DNA of 64,000 nt from Eledone cirrhosa (lineage: Eukaryota). The notes below the pieces were generated by a model, which saw only the letters and a list, made by a program, of their open reading frames with translations, searched no databases and was not told the DNA's origin. The stretch is taken from NCBI GenBank assembly GCA_964016885.1, contig OZ024741.1, positions 241,800,001 through 241,864,000 on the forward strand, given 5' to 3'. The position numbers and the translations under genes were made by a program. Shown here piece after piece: positions 56,818 to 64,000 of the stretch. Every line of letters starts with the position of its first letter. The first letter of the stretch is position 1.

Positions 56818-57209
56818 CCACTAGCATTCTCATCATCATCATCATCATCACTAGCATTCTCATCATCACCATCATCACCATCATCATCCCCATACAGATT
56901 GTTGCCAATATAATCACTATTAAACTCAATCAACATGGATGGACTATACACTCAGGACAATAAATGTGACATATAGAATTATATACAGCTATTGAAAGTA
57001 TGTGGTTAATGATAGAATGTTGTAGTCACCTTCTTACACCTTAATTGAACAGAGAGGAGGAGGGGGAGAGAGAAAGAGTGGTAGAGAAGGGGGCACACAT
57101 ATATACACACATTGTGGTTTTATGAATGTATATGTACAGTAATGTCTTTATAAATATTTGCATATATATTTTATATGTATACATGTATGAATGTATGTAT
57201 GTATGTATG

Positions 57210-57640
57210 TACAAAGTGAAACCTACAGTCAGTAGGCACCTTTTAACCAAATATACACCCCAATCCACTACCCCTACTCCATCCTCCCACTCCCACCAAC
57301 ACCACCCTCTCTCTGTAAAGTTTGTACCACAACATCCAGTCCAAATTAATGAGATAATGAGATCGAGATAATGAGATCGAGATAATGAGATCGAGATCGT
57401 AGGTGTCACAACAAAAAAACATACAGTCCACGCTTTAATGTGGTCGTGTAGGTAACACGGTAAAAAGTTCCCAGTCCACACTGTAAATGTGGTTGGTGCT
57501 AGAAAGGGCATCCAGCTGTAGAAAACCTGCCAGATATGAGCGAGACACGGTCAGCCGACCAACCTTGCCTCAAATTGGGACAACTCCCGTCTAACCCATG
57601 CTAGCGTGGAAGATGGACGTTAAATGATGATGATGATGAT
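57210..57640 (+). mobile_element. RTE 3' UTR fragment
   Basis: Colinear with 51740-52125; contains a local 15 bp tandem expansion. Confidence 0.8.
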
Positions 57641-57657
57641 GTGTGGGTGTGTATGTA

Positions 57658-58165
57658 TCATCATCATTACCATCTAACATTCATTTTTCCATGCTAGTAT
57701 GGGTTAGACGAGTTGTCCTGCTGTGAGAAATGCCAGGTCAGGTGACCATGTCTTGCTCATACAGGACTGGTTTTGACTTGGTTTCTACAGCTGGATGTCC
57801 TTCCTAACGCTAACCACATGGTGCCATCACGACCACTTTACTGTGTGGGCTGGGGGCTTTTTGTCATGTTGCCATCACGACCACTTTACAGTGTGGGCTG
57901 GGGGCTTTTTGTCATGTTGCCATCACGACCACTTTACAGTGTGGGCTGGGGGCTTTTTGTCATGTTGCCATCACGACCACTTTACAGTGTGGGCTGGGGG
58001 CTTTTTGTCATGTTGCCATCACGACCACTTTACAGTGTGGGCTGGGGGCTTCACTAGATATATGCATTAGCCTGCCCTCATGGGAGGTGAATGGAAGAGT
58101 GAGGGTGGTGCATACTATATGCATGCTTCAGCTTGTGCCCATGGGAAGGCGGGCACAGGCTGAAG
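57658..58165 (-). mobile_element. RTE 3' UTR with a 49 bp module repeated about five times (57820-58050)
   Basis: TGCCATCACGACCACTTTACAGTGTGGGCTGGGGGCTTTTTGTCATGT tandem array. Confidence 0.8.
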
Positions 58166-58222
58166 CTTTATATATATATATATATATAAACAAGGAATGA
58201 AAATCAACTTATGTTCATAGTC

Positions 58223-58281
58223 GATGTTATATATATTTCAGTGATAACCATTACGCAACAACTATGACCTTATCAGACAGC
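58223..58281 (-). ncRNA. Degenerate hammerhead related to the 2470 motif (G8 to A)
   Basis: Minus strand GCTGT-CTGATAA-GGTCATA..TGGTTATCACT-GAAA-TATATA-TA-ACATC. Confidence 0.55.
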
Positions 58282-58393
58282 TAGAATTTGAACTGAAAAC
58301 ACAAAAACACGATGGAATAAAGGTTACTTCTGTTATTTTGACTTTTTGATATGCTCCGTGCTGAAATTTGGTGTTGATTTCTCAAGGCACCGA

Positions 58394-58427
<34 letters not shown>

Positions 58428-58433
<6 letters not shown>

Positions 58434-58869
58434 TTGGTACTCTGAAATAGCGATATATATATATATGAATGTATATATAGTGTATTTTGCAATACACTGT
58501 ATGCTTAATTAAAAGCATTTTGAAGACCTTACGCTATTGTTTTAAAGTAGTGACTATGTCACTTACTTCTTTTTTCAGCAAACAAAGAGAGATAAGCTGA
58601 CAGATCTCTATTTCGTACTGTTGGTACTCCTCAGAGCTTAGCACTCCCTTTGCCTGCTGAAAATTATGAATGTTGGATTCTTATAGAATTCCAGTAATAA
58701 TCAGGAACTGATTATACAGAGCAGTTGCTGGTCCAGCAAAAAATTGAAAATTAGAATTGGTGCTCTGAAATAGCAATATATATATGAATGTATATATAGT
58801 GTATTTTGTAAGGTCTTCAAAATGCTTTTAATTAAGCATATAGTGTATTGCAAAATACACTATATATAT

Positions 58870-58870
<1 letters not shown>
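58428..58870 (-). mobile_element. HHR element, ~323 bp unit with partial tandem and inverted arm
   Basis: AGAATTGGT.CTCTGAAATAGC at 58430 and 58753; 58809-58868 inverted; homologous to 12410-12980. Confidence 0.85.
58593..58640 (-). ncRNA. Type I hammerhead, intact core
   Basis: Minus strand TAAGCT-CTGAGGA-GTAC caaca GTAC-GAAA-TAGAGATCTG-TC-AGCTTA. Confidence 0.85.
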
Positions 58871-58924
<54 letters not shown>

Positions 58925-58929
<5 letters not shown>

Positions 58930-59259
58930 TCTTCTTCTTCATTTTACGTCTACTTTTCCCTGCTTGCAAGGGTGGGACGGGGACTGATTCTGGCTTGATT
59001 TCTACAGCTGGATGCCCTTCCTAACACCAACCTCATTTACAGTGAGTGCTGGGTGCTTTTTTTTTTGCCGTGGCACCTCCACGACCACTTTTCAGTGGAA
59101 TGATAGGGACCCCAGTCCCTATCATCTCATTTTTACAGCTGAGTAAACTGGAGCAATGTGAAATAAAGTCTCTTGCTCAAGGAAACAACACATCACCCGG
59201 TCTGAGAATTGAACTCACAACCTATCGATTGCAAGGCCAATGCTCTAACCACTAAGCCA
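58925..59259 (-). mobile_element. Family B SINE with (GAA)n tail
   Basis: Reverse complement of 13888-14220. Confidence 0.85.
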
Positions 59260-59609
59260 TATATATTAAAATGTATGTTTAAAATCCTGTAATATTTAAA
59301 ACATTCAGACATTAACTGAATGAGCACTACTGGCAGGTGGAAATATAGAAATTTATTTTCTAAGTGGCAGTGACTTTGAAGCGGGATGAAAATTGATTTA
59401 AAACATCTATATTTACGATATATTTACAATATATATATCATCATCATCATCATCATCATCATCATTTAACGTCCATGTTCCACGCTTGCATGGGTTTGGA
59501 CGGGAGTTTTCCCACTTGAGGCAAGAGTGGTTGTCTTGCTCGCATAGGACTGTCTGGCGGGTTTTCTACAGCTGGATGCCCTTCCTAACACCATATATAT
59601 GTATGTATG

Positions 59610-59641
<32 letters not shown>

Positions 59642-59699
59642 TATATATATGTATATAGGTATATATGTATATATATATATACATGTACATATGTATGTA

Positions 59700-60125
59700 T
59701 GTATCCTGCTACATTTCCAGACAGCAAAGGTCCTCCTATGGAGCTGACATGCAGCATCTGTGCATGACTCTGCCTCAGCAAAGCTGGACTCAAAAGTCAT
59801 CTTTGCAGTCATAAAGTGAGACCAGTGGTTGACTTCCAGGCTACTGTCGGATATGCTACTCATCATAGCTGTCAAGCATGTGGAAAAGAGTGTAGATCAG
59901 CAGGAGGGATTAAATGACATGCACAAGTACATGACAATGTACTGCAGCCAGATATTGCCAGTGAATGTTTTTACCATGGTTGCCAACTCTGTGCAAGACA
60001 TTTTAGATCATTGGCTGGGCTAAAAAGCCACATTTGATCGCAGCACCGTTAATAATTTATATATATATATATATATTTATATCGTGTGATGGCCATACTC
60101 GATAATGAGGGGGCAGCCATCATGT
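59700..60125 (+). pseudogene. Diverged relative of the C2H2-ended LINE fragment
   Basis: [17 protein letters not shown] and CKTF..GLKSH-like fingers; same GGCCATACTCG..GGCAGCCA end as 49000. Confidence 0.5.
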
Positions 60126-60139
60126 ATGTATGTATATGT

Positions 60140-60455
60140 GAAGGTAAGTCACTCAGTGGTTTGAGTATTTGGCTTACAATCGTAAGGGCATGAATTTGAT
60201 TTCCGGCAGCACGTTGTGTCATTGAGCAAGACACTTTATTTTACATTGCTCCAGATAACTCAGCTGGCAAAACTGAGTTGTACAAGTAACTCAAAGGGTC
60301 AGCATTGTCATATTCTGTGTCACATTGAATCTCACTGAGAACTGCCTTAAAGGTCTCTGGAACACTCAGTCGATTGCATGTTAATTTCATGACCAGGGTG
60401 CTCTATCGATTGTATCAACTGGAATACTCATCATCATAACTGACATAGTGCCAGT
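60140..60455 (+). mobile_element. Third SINE variant with CORE-like middle
   Basis: CTCAGTGGTTTGAG head, TTGAGCAAGACACTTTATTTTACATTGCTCCAG, distinct 3' part. Confidence 0.65.
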
Positions 60456-60491
60456 TTAGGTTATTCATATATATATATGTGTGTATATATA

Positions 60492-60561
<70 letters not shown>

Positions 60562-60741
60562 TATATATATATACATTCATACCAATGTACTTTTTCACTG
60601 TTTCCAACCACTAGATTTTGCTCACAAAATGATACATAGAAATATATACATACATATACATATGCATGTATGTATGTATGTATGTATGTATGTATGTATG
60701 TATGTATGTATTGTATCTATATGTATATATATGTATATATG

Positions 60742-60809
<68 letters not shown>

Positions 60810-60999
60810 TATATATTTAAATATATATATATATATTTAAATATTTACGTATCGAGAAAGAGAAAAAAGGGGAGGATAGGTGATACATATAGTTATTTGC
60901 CAAGTAGCGTATGCCAAAGGTGCTCGATACTAGTGCCGGCAGTATTAAATATTCGAAGTGTTAATATTTAGTGGGCTAGAGAGTTAGCAGAACGTAAGC

Positions 61000-61156
61000 A
61001 CGTGGGAAAGTAAAAAAATCGGAGAATAGACCGTTAAAAGATGTTTATTTAAAACAGCACCTACGTACGTTTTGCCCAGTTGGGCGAAACGTACGTAGGT
61101 GCTGTTTTAAATAAACATGTTTTAACGGTCTATTCTCCGATTTTTTACTTTCCCAC

Positions 61157-61158
<2 letters not shown>
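61000..61158. repeat. Near-perfect ~159 bp palindrome centred on HHR stem II
   Basis: Centre GCCC agtt GGGC-GAAA-CGTACG-TA-GGTGC..AAATAAA; 5' core half replaced by the inverted arm. Confidence 0.85.
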
Positions 61159-61253
<95 letters not shown>

Positions 61254-61284
61254 TAAATATATATATATATATATATATAAATAA

Positions 61285-62103
61285 GGGAAAGTATCAACAC
61301 ATATATTTCTATTGTTTGACCCGAATTACTTGGTCGTTTTGTTTTGGCTATGCGGATGATATGTTTAACCATCATCTCAGTGTGTTTGGCCCTTAACGTA
61401 TGTTGTAGCTCTGATTCATATGATTCATCGAGCGCTTGCCACACATATCGGACGTTGATTTTCGTTAATTCCTGAGCCGAAAACGATTCTCGCTAATTTA
61501 TATTTGTATTAATCTCCAGAGTCTAGCTATTGAGCAGTTAATTTTATTGATTTTTTCAGTTACTTATATTGACTGTTGAATACCTCTGTTATATTTAACC
61601 ATTCTGTCGAGAGCTTTATTCGATTTGTGATATTTTGCATTCTCGCAATAATACACAACTGAATCATTCGCTTAATAGAGGTGTTACCTCCCTTGCTGAA
61701 TCCCACGAGGGGTCAGTAATAGCCACACTATCTATAACATCTTGGAGCAAAACCCGTTGATAACACGACTGCCTTGTTCATCATCTCACCAGAAGCCCAA
61801 CATTCTTTATGTAGGCGGACAGTACCTGATTTGGAGTCGCTGAAACCAATACTGGATTTTACCATCAGTCCAGGGTCAAAAGCGGGAAAGTATCAACACA
61901 TATATTTTTGTTGTTTGACCCGAATTACTTGGTCGTTTTGTTTTGGCTGTGCGGATGATATGTTTAACCATCATCTCAGTGTGTTTGGCCCTTAACGTAT
62001 GTTGTAGCTCTGATTCATATGATTCATCGAGCGCTTGCCACACATATCGGACGTTGATTTTCGTTAATTCCTGAGCCGAAAACGATTCTCGCTAATTTAT
62101 ATT

Positions 62104-62108
<5 letters not shown>
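61285..62108. repeat. About 225 bp near-identical direct repeats (61285-61509, 61884-62108) in (TA)n
   Basis: GTATCAACACATATATTT...GCTAATTTATATTTGTAT occurs twice, about 598 bp apart. Confidence 0.9.
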
Positions 62109-62151
<43 letters not shown>

Positions 62152-62153
62152 AA

Positions 62154-62582
62154 TCATCATCATCATCATCATCACCGTTTTACGTCCGTTCTTCCACGCT
62201 AGCATGGGTTAGACGGGTTGTCCTGTTGTGGGCAGTGTCTGGTCGGCTGACCATGCCTTGCTCATACAGGAACTGATTTGGCCTGATTTCTACAGCTGGA
62301 TGCCCTTCCTCACACCAACCTTATTTACAGTGAGTGCTGGGTGCTTTTTCGTGGCGCCTACACGTCCACTTTACAGTGTGGGCTGGGTGCTTTTTTGCCG
62401 TGGCACCTCCACGACCACCTTGCGGTGGGGGGGGGGGGCATATTGACTATATGCTTTAGCTTGTACCCATGGGAGGTCGGGTACTCTGTATTACTGCGTA
62501 ACGCCAGAGGTCACGGTCGTGTGTCATTGCCTTTGAGAGGTGTAATTGGGTAAGGTCGGCTTTTATCACCTCATCCCAGGTC

Positions 62583-62583
<1 letters not shown>
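62154..62583 (-). mobile_element. 5'-truncated RTE LINE
   Basis: Near-identical to 7511-7930. Confidence 0.85.
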
Positions 62584-62628
<45 letters not shown>

Positions 62629-62871
62629 TTCAAGAGTAACCAATCTTAAGCAGAGAGATGGAGATATGAGAGGAGAGATTGGTGAATTAGTTAGAAGCCA
62701 AAGCGTAAAGGCATGTGCTCAATGTGAAATATGCAGTAGAAAGCAGCTAGGTGGCTAGGTGCGCAGAGCTGGAAATATTAATTAATTAAGCAAAACAAGA
62801 CCACAAATTTCACAAGGAAGATATTATTAAAAGATTGTCAACATATTTTAGTTTGATGTAAGGAATGTAGA

Positions 62872-62920
<49 letters not shown>

Positions 62921-63562
62921 CCAACATCAATGACTGAGATTCAAGGAATAACAACAATAATAATAATATTAATAATAACCTTAAATTAAACAACGTTCAA
63001 CACTCACTAAAATGGGATATCGTGGCTAGGGCCCAACCGTTCAATGGACGAAGAAAATCTTGTGATCTCTGTATTACGGAAGCATATTACATAACTCTAT
63101 CACGACCTCTACCGATTAACGATAGAACGGAGGTAACTATTAGCTGTCAACATCAAAGCGCTAATTCCTTGGCCAATAGAATCTTTGACCCAACTTAGTC
63201 ATGTAGCCCCATTTTTACTTGTAGCTAATAAGTTAAATTGCTATGAACAATTCGATAATTATAAGTTACCTCCCCTACATTGTCTCTCAATTAAAAAAAA
63301 TTTTAAATTAGCACTTAACTATAAACACCCACAATTTCTAATCTCTCGAGAAGTTACTTCCCCTGAAACTACCCTCTAATTAGTAAGGTAAATATGCCCT
63401 TTGGCAGCCATCTTTTTACCCATAGGCAGATCTCACACAATGCAGCCTCGACAGGTGAATACTGCTTGATTATGGCTGACAACTGATGCAACCAAGACAC
63501 CATAGTAAAAACCAATATATGGAACATTATATTATGTAACATTATCTCATTATTTTAATTGG

Positions 63563-63746
63563 TGGATTGGCAGTATCAGTAGAGGGTCGGACGCCATGCT
63601 TTCCAGCATAGTTACGCCCCTTTACGATCTGAGTTCAAATCCCGCCCAGGTTGACTTTGCCTTTCATCCTTACGGGGTCGATAAAATAAAGTACCAGTAA
63701 TGCACTGGGTAATTGCTGGCCTTGTGCCTAAAGTAGAAACAATTAT
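63563..63746 (+). mobile_element. Family A SINE (another begins ~63905 and runs off the window)
   Basis: Near-identical to 52535-52725. Confidence 0.85.
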
Positions 63747-63767
63747 TTTAATTTATATTCCTTTGAA

Positions 63768-63887
63768 GTTCCGATGAGCCACTCTGTCTTTTAAATATGT
63801 TAATTATTTTCAACTGAACCAGATCAATTATGATATATAGTCATCTGATCCAGAAATATTATATGGAGTAGCGAAACAATTGTAAAC
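63768..63887 (+). ncRNA. Hammerhead variant (C4) with ~95 nt stem II domain
   Basis: GTT-CCGATGA-GCCACTC...GAGTAGC-GAAA-CAATTG-TA-AAC. Confidence 0.55.
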
Positions 63888-64000
63888 GGACATTATTATT
63901 ATTAATCATGCTTTGAAGAATAGAGTTACGTCTCTTTATGATCTGAGTTCAAATCCCGCCGAGGTTAACTTTGCCTTTCATCCTTACGGGGTCGATAAAA

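Overview
AT-rich, microsatellite-saturated animal DNA with no recognisable host protein-coding gene. The SINE families and (TA)n/(CA)n density suggest an octopod cephalopod (inference). Nearly all ORFs in the track are simple-repeat artefacts. The real coding remnants are retrotransposon pseudogenes: a 2.5 kb degraded RTE-clade LINE, several RTE 3' ends, an L1/Tx1-type 3' end, and a LINE-like family with C-terminal C2H2 fingers. There are two main tRNA-derived SINE families, one sharing its 3' tail with the RTE LINE in this window, plus MITEs, a probable non-autonomous Helitron and several minisatellites. The main hidden signal is about 15 type I hammerhead ribozyme (HHR) motifs, folded by eye, in roughly ten short non-coding repeat families. 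These sit mostly in (TA)n tracts and show partial-tandem and inverted (fold-back) architecture typical of Penelope-like element pLTRs or non-LTR retrozymes. The motifs show compensatory stem changes, palindromic stem III and recurrent core variants (U3-A8, A4/C4, U10.1-U11.1). The fold-back junctions repeatedly fall inside the ribozyme stems. All folds are manual, ribozyme activity is untested, and repeat boundaries are approximate.
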